From Chiloscyllium plagiosum (lineage: Eukaryota), in NCBI RefSeq assembly GCF_004010195.1, contig NC_057718.1:52180238-52244237 (forward strand): DNA of 64,000 nucleotides, read 5' to 3'. Position numbers and translations under genes: made by a program. Positions 1-13,954 of this stretch are shown in pieces; within the stretch, counting starts at the first letter, position 1; each line of letters starts with the position of its first letter. Below the pieces are notes generated by a model. That model was not told the origin of the DNA and searched no databases. It saw only the letters and a program-made list of their open reading frames with translations.

Positions 1-240
1 CCCATGTCCTTACCCCAATCCTCACACACTAGGCCTTGTTATTACATGATCTGCTATTATACACTCCCCATTGCTAGCCACTAACAGTCCCTATTAGTAG
101 CCAATCATTCTCCTAGGCTAGCCGTTATACGTTTCTGTGTCTGTCCAACTGTTTTCCTCTCTTTGTGCTCTCTCTGTCATTCTGCTTAATGTCCATCTAA
201 CATTTTCTCTTCATCCCTCTTCCACTCTATCTCAGCCTTA
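1..240 (+). mobile_element. Penelope-like element, pyrimidine-rich 3' region (continues at ~1845 after a nested insertion)
   Basis: C/T-rich sequence ending ...ctatctcagc appears to join gcataaatacc... at ~1845, which runs into a PLE-type terminus. Confidence 0.45.
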
Positions 241-255
241 GTGCAGACCCAATTT

Positions 256-1460
256 GGCATTCTCCCGGCCCAGTGAGGCAGTCTCTCGGCCCAGTGAGGC
301 AGTCTCTTGGCCCGGCAAGGTGGTCTCTCGGCTCAGTAAGGCAGTCTCTTGCCCAGCAAGGTGGTCTCTCGGTGCAAAGAGGCAGTCTCTCGCCCCCACG
401 TGGCAGTCTCTCGCCCCCACGTGGCAGTCTCTCGCCCCCACGTGGCAGTCTCTCGTCCCAGCGTGGCAGTCTCTCGGCCCAGCGTGGCAGTCTCTCGGCC
501 CAGCGTGGCAGTCTCTCGGCCCAGGAAGGCAGTCTCTCGGCCCAGCGTGGCAGTCTCTCAGCCCAGGGAGACAGTCTCTCGGCCCAGCGTGGCAGTCTCT
601 CGGCCCAGCGTGGCAGTCTCTCGGCCCAGGGAGGCAGTCTCTCGGCCCAGCGAGGCAGTCTCTCGGCCCAGGGAGGCAGTCTCTCGGCCCAGGAAGGCAG
701 TCTCTCGGCCCAGCGTGGCAGTCTCTCGGCCCAGGAGGGCAGTCTCTCGGCCCAGCGTGGCAGTCTCTCAGCCCAGGGAGACAGTCTCTCAGCCCAGGGA
801 GACAGTCTCTCAGCCCAGGAAGGCAGTCTCTCAGCCCAGCGTGGCAGTCTCTCGGCCCAGCGTGGCAGTCTCTCGGCCCAGCGTGGCAGTCTCTCGGCCC
901 AGGAAGGCAGTCTCTCGGCCCAGCGTGGCAGTCTCTCGGCCCAGCGAGGCAGTCTCTCGGCCCAGGGAGGCAGTCTCTCGGCCCAGGGAGGCAGTCTCTC
1001 GGCCCAGGAAGGCAGTCTCTCGGCCCAGCGTGGCAGTCTCTCGGCCCAGCGTGGCAGTCTCTCGGCCCAGGAAGGCAGTCTCTCGGCCCAGCGTGGCAGT
1101 CTCTCAGCCCAGGGAGGCAGTCTCTCGGCCCAGGAAGGCAGTCTCTCGGCCCAGCGTGGCAGTCTCTCGGCCCAGCGTGGCAGTCTCTCGGCCCAGGAAG
1201 GCAGTCTCTCGGCCCAGTGTGGCAGTCTCTTAGCTCAGGGAGGCAGTCTCTCGGCCCAGGAAGGCAGTCTCTCGGCCCAGCGTGGCAGTCTCTCGGCCCA
1301 GGAAGGCAGTATCTAGGCCCAGCGTGGCAGTCTCTCGGCCCAGGAAGGCAGTCTCTCGGCCCAGCAAGGCAGTCTCTCGGCCCGGGGAGGCAGTCTCTCA
1401 GCCCAGCTTGGCAGTCTCTCGGCCCAGCATGGCATTTCTGGGTGGTAGTCTCTCGGCCCG
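256..1460. repeat. 21-bp GC-rich minisatellite, ~57 units
   Basis: Unit GGCAGTCTCTCGGCCCAG+(CGT/GAA/GGA/CGA), with a CTCAGCCC variant; more degenerate units at both ends. Confidence 0.97.
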
Positions 1461-1836
1461 GTGTGACCGGAGTGAACCTCCAGTCTCGATATGATTCCAG
1501 GGCAGTCTCCCAGGCTCAAGATCCTCAAGGTGAAGCCTAGAGCAGTCTGGACTTAAGGCTCCGTGCAGACTAGAGGCTAGGTAACAGCATGGACTGGGTT
1601 TGGAGGACTATTTTTATCATCTTTTTATCCCGTTAATTTTCTAATTTATTCCTATTATCTGTTGTGCTGGACTTTGTTTTACATTTACATATTTTTGTCT
1701 GTAAGAATTTGTACTTGCGAATCTGTACCCAGATACCTCTGTACCCAAATGCGTAAGATGGTGCTGCAAGTGGTGACTTCTCAACCTTTCACCATACTCA
1801 TGTCAGTACATATGACAATAAAGCTTATTCTAATTC
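1461..1836 (+). mobile_element. 3' part of a non-autonomous retroposon that carries the minisatellite
   Basis: Ends gtacatatgacAATAAAgcttattctaattc, a non-LTR-type tail (GACAATAAA plus short repeat); lies inside the PLE fragment. Confidence 0.5.
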
Positions 1837-1844
1837 CACCTCCT

Positions 1845-2020
1845 GCATAAATACCAACCATCTAGCTACTAACTAGTTACCATCAGTCCTGAAAAAGGAT
1901 CATTGAACCTGAAACTTTAACTCTGATTTCTCTCCACAGATGTTGCCAGATTTGCTGCCTTTTTCCAGCAATTTCAGTCTAGTTTCTGATTTCCCACATC
2001 TGCAGTTCTTTTGTTTCTTC
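1845..2020 (+). mobile_element. Penelope-like element terminus with degenerate hammerhead motif
   Basis: agtcCTGAAAAaggatcattgaacctGAAActttaact followed by ...cacagatgttgccagatttgctg...catctgcagttc, resembling the other PLE ends in the window. Confidence 0.65.
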
Positions 2021-2742
2021 ATTAAACTGTTGATTTCATTTTCCAATAAATTACATGGTAAATTTATTTTCAATCCACACAATGTGCAATACTCCAAAAT
2101 ATTTCAGATAGGTCTTCAAAATAAATATGAATTTTCAACAAGTTAGTCATTTTTATTTTATTTTAAACTTTCCATCTTCCTATATTATTCAATGTATCGT
2201 GGTCTCAAAGTGTAAAGGCCCTTTATTGTTTCCAATCAAAATGCCTTCTAGTTTATCACATTTTAGTAAAACCGTACATGTTCAGCACTACTCAGAATGC
2301 ACGTCATTTAGACTATCTAAGCACTCAATGCCTTTTTTGTATGAATATGTTAGACAATGGCATGTATTACAATGTTAAATGAGACAGACAAAAAAATATA
2401 GCCACCTCCAAATTGTTAAGACAGGCAATTTTCTTCACTCATTATTCATCTTCTTTTCATGTGTGATAAGACTATACAATTTTCAATGAACTATGCTGAA
2501 TACATGAAGTGGAATCAAAACTATAATTGGTGGGTGTTACTGGGAATCACAACTCGACTATTACAAATTTCAGTGATTCACTCAAGTTAAAACAAAGACT
2601 TTTTCAGGCATCTGGATGACACCTTATGCTGCCGTCATTTAGTAGCATGCGGAAAAATATGAATTGAAAATGTCATCAGTAGAAGAACAAAGTAGTGCAA
2701 TGTTTTGTAATATTGCTATATCCCTTTTGAAATCCATCACTT

Positions 2743-2926
2743 AGAGTCATAGAGTCATAGAGATGTACAGCATGGAAACAGACCCTTTGGTCCAACCCGT
2801 CCATGCCGACCAGATATCCCAACTCAAACTAGTCCCACCTGCCAGCAAACGGCCCATATCCCTCCAAACCCTTCCTATTCATATACCCATCCAATTGCCT
2901 CTTAAATGTTGCAATTGTACCAGCCT
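2743..2926 (-). mobile_element. CR1 (HER1-type) LINE 3' fragment
   Basis: Reverse complement of the (CTCTATGA)n tail and 3' UTR seen at 53640-53820; flanked by ttgaaatccaYcactt (2727-2742 / 2929-2944). Confidence 0.9.
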
Positions 2927-5900
2927 TGTTGAAATCCACCACTTGATGCTGGGATGAAATTCTTCACTATTGACTAAATATACTCACCCTGACTATAATT
3001 AATATGGACAATCTCTAACTGGTAAGCATTAGTCTACAGCTAGAAAACACCAATTATTTGGTTGTCTTATTCTTTTACTCTTTCAGATTATGGACTAATC
3101 CAATAGTAGTTGCAATATTATAGGAACTGTATTGTCATTTGAATGCGTATGTGTGTATTGAGAGTCCCCCATCACTTAACTGCTCTATAGTCAATGGAGG
3201 ATTCTACAGCTTGTGGTGAGACCTGGAGAAAACACTTGATATCAGCTCCAATGTTCACATCACAAAAATGTGATTATTTCAAGTTCTGGCTCTGCCAGGA
3301 CCTAACATTAATTGATCTTATTGAAACTGAAGAAGTGAACTTACTGAGCTCAGAAAAAAAAACTTTACACTAGTTAAACATATTTGGAATTCTGACTGTG
3401 TGTACAAGTATTGCCACATATATTGGAAGAAAATACCTGTGACCACTAAATTATTATTGAATAGTGTAAAGAATTTCAAGATAAATACTTATATCTTGTT
3501 TACAAAACTCCTGAATAGGAATTGTATTTTTTGCTTTTGCACAATTTGACACAATACTGGATTTACAGCTCATGAAAGTCTCTTTGACCTAACTGTAGAA
3601 GGCATGATAGTAATTTGTGATCATTTATAAATGTGGGTTTAGTGCAGAAGGGAATGTCACATGAAGCCAGTAACAATCTAAAATACAAACCTGCAAGGAT
3701 TTTGTAGACTCCCTAGCCTGGAAAATATCTAATAAAAATCGATATTCCCAACGATATGCTTATTTGTCTTTTTCTACAATATCCTGTTTGTTTCATAACA
3801 CAGTGATTAAAATGATATGCAATATTCCAGTAATTGGTGCAGGTTCAATCACTTCCTAAGACTGAGACATCGATTGCTATTCCTCCGGCCGAGATTCTAC
3901 TTGGTGTCTCCATATTGTACTGATGACTACAACAATGAATCCATCTGCACCTCACAAAGACATCTCTGATGTCATTCTGGGAAAATAGCATGAAGAGGAG
4001 ATTAGTCGAGGAGATAGAAAGAGGGAATACTTCCAATCAAGACAACAGTGAGATTTTATTGGGATGTTCAACATCCTAATCAGTACAAGATCTTAAGTGT
4101 ATTAAACACCACAGAAAAAAATAGTTTAAATAGCATGAGTTATGGCAAGAAGAAGAAATGAAATTTTAGGTAAATATCTTAACTGAGGATGAACTTGCCC
4201 CTTCCCAAGAAGTTATGGGGAAGGTGATAGGAGGGGCTGAAAACTGGGTGGGCTGGTATAGGAGAAACAAGCACCTCCTTCTCATCATCTCAGAAATTAA
4301 ATTATAGGTGGGAACACTCATACTTGCCCTTTCCAACTCACCACCAATTAAGGCTCTTAACTGTTCAACTAATGACCAAGTAAAGGCTTCATCCTGCTTT
4401 GACATTAATGACTTCAACTCAAGATAACTCAAAAAGAAGCCTACATAGCTGATAAACCAGTATGGATAAGCTATCAGTTTTGGGGTGGGAAATCCCTTGC
4501 TCTATATTCATTTGTGTAATACTGAGGGACTCAACCTAGAGTGCGTGGGATGGGCATGTGAGGGGTGGAGGAGTGGTCGCTGAAAGCTGCACTCTGCCCT
4601 TACTTCTGAACCCTATGTTCTCCTTTCTCGTGACCCCAATCCCAAATTACTCTCCCTTCAACAAACACAACACTTACCTTGTCTCATCCTGTGTCTAGAT
4701 ATGCAGGATGCTGTGGCGGTGCTGAGTTCTGGAGATGCCCATCTCTCACTAGCTAGCAGCTTCAGGTGATTGGGAATTCCTAGTCTGGCTTTGTTCTTTT
4801 TACAGAAAGCTTGTCAGAAGCCAAACAGCTTCCTGAATATCATTTGATACCAGTGGGCTTTCTGAAAAAGGTAGGCCATGGGTTTATCTCTACTAAACAT
4901 TCCCATTTTCAACCTGAGTCTGAAATGGGATTATTACCGTTTTCACTGATTCTACAATAGGAGGAAATAACATCAAAATTGAAGAGGAATAGTGCAAGGA
5001 CAGGTCACTGTTGACAAATACAATGAATCAATTTTAGGTTAAGCAGTAAAGGATGATTATATCAGCAAATTCAGAGGAGTGTTGAATAAGAAATTGAACA
5101 GAATTTTGATACAGTGCTAAATGAGAATTATAAGATATGATATCTGCTGAAGCCAAATCCTATTCACATTTAATGCAACGTTCTCTTTTGATCTTTTGCC
5201 ACAGGGATTTTCTAAAGCCCTTTTCACAAATTACACTGTCATTAGACAAGGGAAAATGCTCAACCAAATTCCAGAAATGATTGAGGCTTTCATAGTGTAT
5301 TAGAAATTGTTTGTTTATGTCTCTAATAGAAAGTAACAAGCATCAAAGCAGAATGGAGTGCTTACTTAGATCCATGTGACAAGATGCCCACTGAAAATTC
5401 TGCAGGCTACACTTGTTCAAAGATATTCATTTAGGGATGTAGATGTTGTTAAAAAGGTCACATTCACCTCACATCTCCACTTGTTCTGAAAATATGGTGT
5501 GCTTTCTTAAAAGGTAAATTAAAATATCTTTATATGAGCAATCCCAAAATTAGTGTAATTAATACATTACTGTACGCAAGTACGGCTCTTCCACTTGTGA
5601 GGAAGAAGGAAGAGGAGGGAGCAGATGAAAAGGAAGAGACTGTTTGTGAAGAACCTATTTTAATATCAGTTACATGAATGAATGAATACATTTTTGAATG
5701 AATGAATGATTTTACTGCCACTTGTATTTAAGAAAATACTGTGAAAAGTGTATTTTTGCCACAATCTGTCACCATTTGGATTACAAAATGAATAAAAATA
5801 ATTTACTCAAATAGAGCTTCATCTTACAGAGAAATATAAAGACAGAAAAAAAATAACATCAATACCAATTCAGCATTCATCAGAAATTCCACGTTGCACT

Positions 5901-6547
5901 TCTATCTTCAACTGACCATCTTACCATCTGTTTGGCTGCAATGGAACAATTAACGCCCACAGATAATAAGGTATTGAAATAAATTTATAAAGTTATACCT
6001 AAAACCATCTCATATCATATACTGAAATCCCTCTTGTGTATTTCATTAATACCTATCTTCAGGATATTTTTGTTACTTCTAATGCTTTTACACAGAACTA
6101 TCACAGTGGCTGCAGCATGGTCAGTGCATGGTTACTGTCTTTCACTGGAGGAGACTGCAGGGGTACTTGAAGGATGAGCTTAAACAAGTCTGGCCTCATA
6201 AAATCCAGACGAGAACACCATTAACTTGGTATTTGCAGGCGAACTGATAGGTATTAATGGAAGTACTTGTCAGATTGAAGAGTGGGGGGGGGGGACAAAC
6301 ACAGTTTCCCTGATGAGAAAGAGCAGGTTTGTGCTCCATGGAGCCATCGGCATTCCTCCAGGACTGCACCTCAACTTTTTAGTAATCTGTTGGGAGTTGT
6401 ATTGCTGGATTGCTGTGACATCTGTAAGCATCTCTGCGCATGTTGTCAACTAAGGTAGCAGCAGTCTTATCTTTCATGACCTCTAAGTTTACACTGCAGT
6501 GTTCAAAGAAATTAATAGATGTATACACACATTGAAACTGCACTTGC

Positions 6548-7045
6548 AGATTCATAGAGTTAAACAGCACAGAAACAGACCCTTCAGTCCAACATGTTTG
6601 TGTTGACCAGATATGCTAAACTGATCGAGTCCCATTTGCCAGCATTTTGCCCATCTTCCTCTAAATCCATCCTAATCATACACCTATCCAGATGCCTTTT
6701 AAATATTGTAAAGTCATCCACCTTCATCACCTCCTCTGGCAACTCATGCCATTTACCAACATCCTCTGTGTGAAAATGTTGACCTGTTGGTCCCATTCAT
6801 ATCTTTATCCTCTCACCTTAAACCTATGCCTTCTAGTTTTGAATTCTCCTAACCTGCAGAAAAGAACTTGGCTATTCACCCTATCTACGTCCCTCGCCCA
6901 TCATGATTTTAAAACTTCCATAATGTCACCCTTCAGTCTCTGACGCTGCAGGAAAAAAAGCGGAAGCCGAATCAGCCTCTCCAATCTTGGCAAATCCTTT
7001 CTGAACCCTTTCAACATCCTTCCTGTAGTAGGGAGACTAGAATTT
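6548..7045 (-). mobile_element. CR1 LINE 3' fragment
   Basis: Minus ORF 6584-6796 WHELPEEVM..FTIFKRHLDRCM is the CR1 ORF2 C-terminus; 3' UTR follows. Confidence 0.9.
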
Positions 7046-7084
7046 CTGTGAGCACATATGACATTGAAATGTGATGTTATGGTG

Positions 7085-8132
7085 GTTTGGGCTATGCATG
7101 CAATGACTAGTGGTGTGTCTCAGGGATCAGTGTTGGGACAGCAATTATTCACAATTTACATAGATGATTTGGAGTCGGGGACCACGAGTAGTGTGTCAAA
7201 GTTTGCGGATGATACTAAGATGAAAGGTAGAGCAAAGTGTGCAAAGGACTGTGAAACTTTGCAAAGGGACTTAGGTAGTATAAGTGAGTGGGCAAAGGTC
7301 GGGCTGATAGATTACAATGTAAAAAATGTGAAGCCATCCATTTTGGCAGGAATAACAGTGAAAAGGACTATTATTTGAATGGTTTAAAAAAAAACTACAA
7401 CATTCTGCTGCGCAGAGGGACCTGGGTGTCCTTATGTGTGATTCACAGAATGTTGGTCTGCAGGTGCAACGGGTAATTAAGAAGGCAAATGGAATTTTGT
7501 CCTTCATTGCTAAAGGGATTGAGTTTAAAAGCAAGAAGGTTATGTTGCAGCTGTATAGGGTGTTGGTGAGGCCACACCTGGAGTGCTGCGTTTAACTTTT
7601 GTCTCCTTACTTGAGAAAGGATGCACAGGCGCTGGAGGGGCTGCAGAGGAGGTCCACTAGGTTGATTCTGAAGTTGAGGGGGTTGGCTTATGAGGAGAGA
7701 CTGAGTAGACTAGGATTATATTCATTGAAATTTAGAAGAATGACAGGGGGGTCTTATGGAAACATATCAACTTATGAAAGGAATAGATAAGGTTGAAGTG
7801 GAGAGGATGTTTCCACTGGCGGGTGAAACTAGGATGAAAAGGCATAGCCTCAAGATTAGAGGGAGCAGATGTAGGACCGAATTCAGAAGAAACCTCTTCA
7901 CCTAGAGGGTTGTGAATCTGTGGAATTCCCTGCCCAGTGAAGTAGTTGAGGTTTCTTCATTGAATGCTTTTTAAGATAAGATAGATAGGTTTTTGAATAG
8001 TAAATGGTGAGATGGTAGGTGAGTGGGGCTGAGGCCATGAAAAGATCAGCCACGGTCTTATTGAATGGCAGTAGAGGCTTGAAGGGCCAGATGGCCTATA
8101 CCTGCTCCTAGTTCTTATCTTAGGTTCTTATG
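7085..8132 (+). mobile_element. CR1 LINE, 5'-truncated degenerate RT and 3' end
   Basis: [41 protein letters not shown]; tail gttcttat. Confidence 0.93.
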
Positions 8133-8139
8133 TACTTAC

Positions 8140-8881
8140 GTAATAAATAACTGACTTTGTTTAAACTCATCAATATTGTCTGCTGTCATTTTAAAATGAA
8201 ACACACACTTCAATTATCAGAAAAGACATATTTCTTCCCATACAAAACATATGGATTACAAGCTGTACACATATTCTGTTCATGCTGATAGGTTATGGCA
8301 TTTGAAGATAGATTCACTGATGTTGTCCGCTCAGGAGAACACTGAACATTTTGTGGAATTTATAAGACCTCAGGGATTTATTTGGCAGGAACCTCACTGG
8401 CTAACATCTCTAACAGCTTTGTGAACATGTGTAACCTGGACCCTTGTGTATACAGGACATTTCTCCTCATCTTCATCTTCTGCACCAAGACTTCAGTGCA
8501 GCACTTACAAACCTTGGAGCTCACTCTTATCCATGTTATGCTGCTCTCAACATTTCCCAGTGTAGAATGACTTCCTGAATTTGCTCCAGGCTCCCTCACA
8601 CTGTTGCTTGTAGCCAAGGAAAAGCATAGTTAGTGCTGGCTGCACACAGCAATGATACAACCAACCAGGCAGCAGGAAATCAGTATGCTGCAGCATCACT
8701 GTGAACAAATATGGGATAATTATTGCTTGCGAATCCTGTATCCATTTTGAAGGACCATCCAATTTTGAACCCAAAATCTCTTATATTATTTCCAAAAATG
8801 AAAAAAAAAATTGCCATTTGCTTTGTTTTACAGAGTCGGGCATTTAAGACATTTGCCTTGGTATATATGGTTAACGAATGT
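8140..8881 (-). pseudogene. Candidate pseudo-exon resembling kinase subdomains VIII-XI
   Basis: Acceptor tttcacatag| and donor |gtaagt. Broken frames read TFVNHIYQGKCL..NKANGNFF, FSFLEII*EILG and WLYHCCVQPALTMLF. Confidence 0.35.
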
Positions 8882-9619
8882 CTATGTGAAATATTAACAG
8901 AGAACAAGAAGTTTCAACAGACTGTTCGGGAAATTTTTATGTGATATCAGTTGCAGGATATTACAAACATTATGAAAAAGTACTTTACATGAAATTTTTT
9001 TATTGAAAGATTTTCTGGGTTGTGTTACGTTTTTATTGGGTGAGATTCATAGCACCCAGCCCACCATGGCTCACAGCAACATTTCTCATTCAATCTTCCA
9101 TTCTTCACCTCCTTAATTAGATATTCAGGGCCTACAACACATTTTGCATGGAAATACTGCACCACATCTCACCCCCACCTGACAATCCCCCTTTGCCAGA
9201 CCAAGTTGTGAAGGGCACAATTTGTCATAATCGCACTGCACACCTTTTTGGATTACACTACAAGGATCTGAGAGCTCCAAGCATTAAAACATTATCTTTA
9301 GGTGGCCTGTTGCCTTTCCTACTCTGGAAAAGTGTTAGCAGTGTCTTATCTGCATTCTGCCTCAGTCTGAAAGTTTTGTAAAGTTGTCATGAACCATGTT
9401 TGGAGGAGGTAGTTCTTCACCAAGGACCTTTGATGGACACAGGAACTTACGAATGCTCTGCTATTTACTAAACATGGCAACTCCCAGATTATCTAGTGCA
9501 GATGTGCAAAATCTGATTTTACTGGTCAAATACAGTTTGAATGTTGATGGAAGTGAAAGCGTTCTCTATTGATAGACTGTGTAGGCAGATGATGAAATGT
9601 GGTGTAGCCTACAGTAGAT

Positions 9620-10290
9620 TTATATGTGTGTCCCACACACTTGATCTCACACACACTTGATCTCACAGTCATATACTCCCTCACGCTCACACACAATGTC
9701 TCTGAATCGTACACACTATCTTACACACACACACACATTCTCTCCCTCATATGTGCACACACACACATATAAATCTATGGGGTGAATTTGCATTTGCACA
9801 TGTGTTTTTGCAGATACATTCTATTTTATCCAAAAAGTACACAATCTGTAAAGTCAATGCGGCATTGTATAAATTCCTATTTTGGAAATAAAACCAGTCT
9901 GACTCCTGGTTAGGACACAGAAAGATTCTAAACAAGTCTGCTTTAGCCTCATGCCTAAATGCATTATTTGATCTGAGATGTCACCTCAATTATACTGATA
10001 AAACCTTGAGTTAACTCAGGTCAGTGGCTTGACAGAAATCCTGGGATTTATATATTAATTAATATATTAATAAAATGCACCTCCATTTTTACTGATTAAA
10101 GACTTAACAGCCAACTCAGTGTGTTCAATGCATTTGTATCAGTTGTATGATCTTTTGATCTTTTACTTATAAATTCAGTGTCAAATGTATCCTCCCTCAC
10201 GAGCACTTGAAGAAGGAGCAGAGCTCCAAAGGCTTGTGTTTTCAAATAAACCTGCTGGCCTATAACCCAGTGCCATGTGATTTTTCAATT
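9620..10290 (+). mobile_element. Penelope-like element (family B), longer 3' fragment with CA-rich tract
   Basis: Ends cacTTGAAGAaggagcagagctccAAAggcttgtg..aaataaacctgctggcctataacccagtgccatgtgattttt, homologous to the arm at 15540-15630. Confidence 0.75.
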
Positions 10291-12171
10291 TGAATTCAGA
10301 TAAGTGGCTTGCTAAATCTGAGTCTATGGATATATGGTTAATGCAATTTCCCCTACCAGGGTTCCTTATTCAAATAATTTTACTCCACCCCCAAAGAGAA
10401 CAACAGCAACTTACTCTGCCCAATTTCCATGTGATGCCATCTATTTTGCTCTGTTAATACAGGGGACTTTGAATCAAAGATGGCATCATTTCTAGTCACA
10501 TCCTTGCGAGTGACTTGCAGATTTCACTGCAGAATGATCCCACAATCCTCCATGCCCCTTTTGTATTGCTGTCCCTGTGTCTGTGATGACCTTTCTACTT
10601 TGCCCCTTTCTGTATAGTCTCTTTATGTAACAATTAAAGACTCTAATTTACCCACAGAGTTGATAACCTTGTGAATTTCCATGACACTGTTAGCCAGACT
10701 GAATCCCATGAAAATTAATCCCACTCCAGAGCTCCCTTCTAACTTAAAATGCACTATTTGACTGTAATTATTCCTCAATGACCAAGTCCAGTGGAACCCT
10801 GACCATTATTGAGAAAATATTCAAAACTGATTCAGACTGATTAACCTATAATCCCTGTCCTGCTTGCACTTAATTTGGAGGACAATTCTACATACTGGGA
10901 AGTCATGGATCCCTGAATTCTGCTCACGTCTGACTGTGGCCAACCTCTTGGATGGGAATCAATGACTGATTGTTGTATTAACCCTAATTGATTGTAGTCC
11001 CCTTGTTCCAACTATGTTCTAGTCCCCTTTGACCCTCAAATACAGCCATTTGCTTGAAGTATGTGTGGTGTCCTTCCTTTGTAAGCTACAGACACATATT
11101 GTAGGCATAATATTGAAGCTGTATGATGCTGTATACCCACTCCTCTTGACTGTTCAGTCCCCTCAACCATGACAAACTGACAGTCTTTTCCAATAAATCA
11201 AAAATCAGTGCATACCACAGAGTCTGACAAATTCCATGTTCCAATTAAGAAATCAATCTAAGAGCCAGAAGAGGTATCCCATTTAGATGCATAAACTGCG
11301 TGTATCCCAGCGGACTAAGGGACATAGCAGAAGTTTACAAGTCATAGGGCTCCAAGCGTAAGTTGTTTGAGAGTTTGCGTCTATTGGTTTTCAGATGTCA
11401 ATATGCTTGGATGAAGGTAGTGTGGTGTCCATGGAGCATGTTCGGACACTGTGGTGAAGATAGAGTTGGTTGATGGTCAGGACAAACTTGTGGTGATGGG
11501 TAGCCACCAAATAATTTCTCAGGGAAAGAGAGAACTGCAAGTGGTGTAGAAAGGAGGCCAAGTTGATCTAATAATGAGATGCAAATGCATCGAAATATGG
11601 GAGTTGCCACTCACTAGTGAGATTCTCAAGCTTAAGGAAAAATTTAGGAATTGTTTTCTCAACCATAAAATTCTGACTTTTTTAAAAACAAATTCTTGTC
11701 ATATTTTTCCAAAATTTTCTGCCCTCTGTCTTTGCTGATGCACCTACATTTTATTTAGAATTTTTACTCTTCAAATGACATATGTTCTGTAGACAATGTG
11801 AACTAGATTATTTTCTCAAAGATAATTGTGAATTCTTTCACATGACTACATAGCTGAAACTTAGCCCAAATTTTAGACTAAAACTCCCAGTAAGAATATG
11901 GAAGGTTCAAGGCAGATTATCAGCTTTTACCCTGCCAGATATCAAACATCACTGACTTCAGTGGGATACGAAAGCAGGAAGTATGCAAAGTGCCATCTGA
12001 TCTGAACCTACACCATTTCTACTCGGCGAGTCATGTCAAAAATTATTCCATTGTAGTCAATTGCCACTTCCTCTCTTGCCATCTGTTCCTCATGGAAATT
12101 TTTTTCATTCTTTTCCCAGCATGAGTTGGGAGCAAGATACTGGAGAATTATTAGTGTGATGTGATTAACAG

Positions 12172-12520
12172 TACAGAGTGCATAAAATCTGGAGCTGTTA
12201 AAAGCACAGCAGGTCAGACAGTGTCAGAGGAGCAGGAGAGTCGACATTCTGGGCAGGATCCTACATCAGGTCTGGGAAGGGGATAGGGGGCTGAGAAATA
12301 AATGAGGGTGTGGGGCTGGGGCATAGGTACGTAGGATAACAATTGGTGGATATGGGTAGGAGATGATTGTGATTGGTCAGTGGGAAGGGTGGAGAGGATA
12401 GGTGAAAAGGATGGCGGACAGGTTAGGTTCCGTCAGGTCAAGGTGGCCAGACAGAGAGGGAGGGCTGGTGCTGGGATGAGGTGTGGAATTGGGGAGATTT
12501 GGAAGCTGGTGAATTCTATG
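12172..12520 (-). mobile_element. Penelope-like element (family A) 3' fragment
   Basis: aaagcacagcaggtcag..gagcaggagagtcgacatt..catcagg, then a purine-rich tract and gaattctatg (IEFTSFQ on minus), as at 44612-45090. Confidence 0.75.
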
Positions 12521-13004
12521 AATAGGAGTTTATAAACAAAATACAAAATCTTGTTTACAAATTATACAAAAAGGGAGGCAAATCAGACAAAGCTCTTTCT
12601 TTTCTTGATAGCTGCAACACTTTAAAAAATATTAATGTCTTAGCACAAGAAAAAAATGTCCTTCACATCTTTGTAGGGTTAATAATATATTTTCACTCAA
12701 TATTTTAAAATATTTTTGCAAAACTCACTGCAAGAAGATCCTCATTTTTATACTGATAAGAGTGGCTTTTGGAATAGGAAACTGATTTTCATTGAGTCGA
12801 TCATTTTTCAAAGAAGATCTTAAAACAAAATAGTATGATATATAAAAGGATCTAGTTTTCAAATAATTCTAAAAAATAAAAAAAAGACTGGATTTCTTTG
12901 ATACTATAATGTGTTATTTGATAATAAAAGCAGAAGTATGCTATGCAGGTAATAAACTATAAAAAGAAAACAATTTATGCATCTCTTGTTTAGTTGTCAT
13001 GTTA

Positions 13005-13210
13005 AGCACCTCATATTAGAATTGGATCTTGTGTGTAAGAACCTCTCAGCTAAACAGAAAAAAAAGCTTAAGATAAACAGAACTGCATTGCCATATGTCA
13101 CATCATCCTTCCAAGCATCACTGATCTGTGTATTACAAATGTCAATACGATAAAGCTCACTGAAACATTTATTAATATTCCCCATAAAATGAAGTCTATT
13201 ATAGCCAATA
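13005..13210 (-). pseudogene. Candidate pseudo-exon resembling kinase subdomains V-VI
   Basis: LAIIDF / MGNINKCF ... CLAERFLH followed after a frameshift by QDPILI*G, similar to FLHxxxPxxxHxD. Confidence 0.3.
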
Positions 13211-13954
13211 ATGTATATTTCACAATTAATGAGATGATATCAGGTCCCACTTTTTAAGCTGACAGTTTCAAATATTTTTGTCATTCATACAGTCAACTGC
13301 ATTCAGATATTTTCAAAGGATATGAGAAGACATGTAAGCTTTGCGTGCACTATGAAACAGCTAAGCACGGGATCACGTTGCCTAGAAACAACCTGATTAT
13401 TACCGGCCACTGTGGGTAAGGAAGAAATTCTACCTGTTCCTTCAGGACCATTTGTCAAGGCTCATTAAAATAACACAGAAGGAAATACGCACATTAGTGC
13501 AGCTCCTAACAATAAACAGCATTGGTCTTTTAAACAGAATTTGAAACACTTAGGAAAGAAAACACAATCGTTTTGGTGCATTATAAATCTTTGTTTCTAC
13601 TTGGATAAAAAAAAAATTATTATTACGTTACTATACCTCAGGCGTGTTCTAAGAAGAAAAAAGGAAAACACTAATAGCATTCCCTGAAAATTACATATGA
13701 AAGCTTTGACAGCTGTCATCCTGTAAATGCCAAGGGCAGGAAGGCCATCTAATAATGTGTATCTGTATTCCACTGCAGTTCTGCTTTAGGTGGTACTTGC
13801 ATCTAAAGCATGACTTTCAATCAGATATTACCATTAATATCTACTTTGAAATGAAAACCAGTTTGTTTCATTTCACTCTGACAGCAAAAAGATCCCTTTT
13901 CCTGTATCCCAGAGTAAGAAAAAACTATAGTGGTGACATTGTTACAAAAACTGA

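Noticed and set aside
256..1460. CRISPR-like array
   Set aside because: Contiguous tandem units without unique spacers, no cas genes, eukaryotic context.
254..1540. 428, 347 and 294 aa ORFs with heptad repeats
   Set aside because: Consequence of a stop-free 21-bp unit; all three frames are open and there is no gene context.
8550..8600. SLEQIQEVILHW as a further death domain
   Set aside because: Too short, and equally compatible with the end of the kinase-like segment.
10330..11640. Possible retroviral env-like or coding remnant on the minus strand
   Set aside because: Only a vague hydrophobic stretch; no convincing motif by eye, left unannotated.
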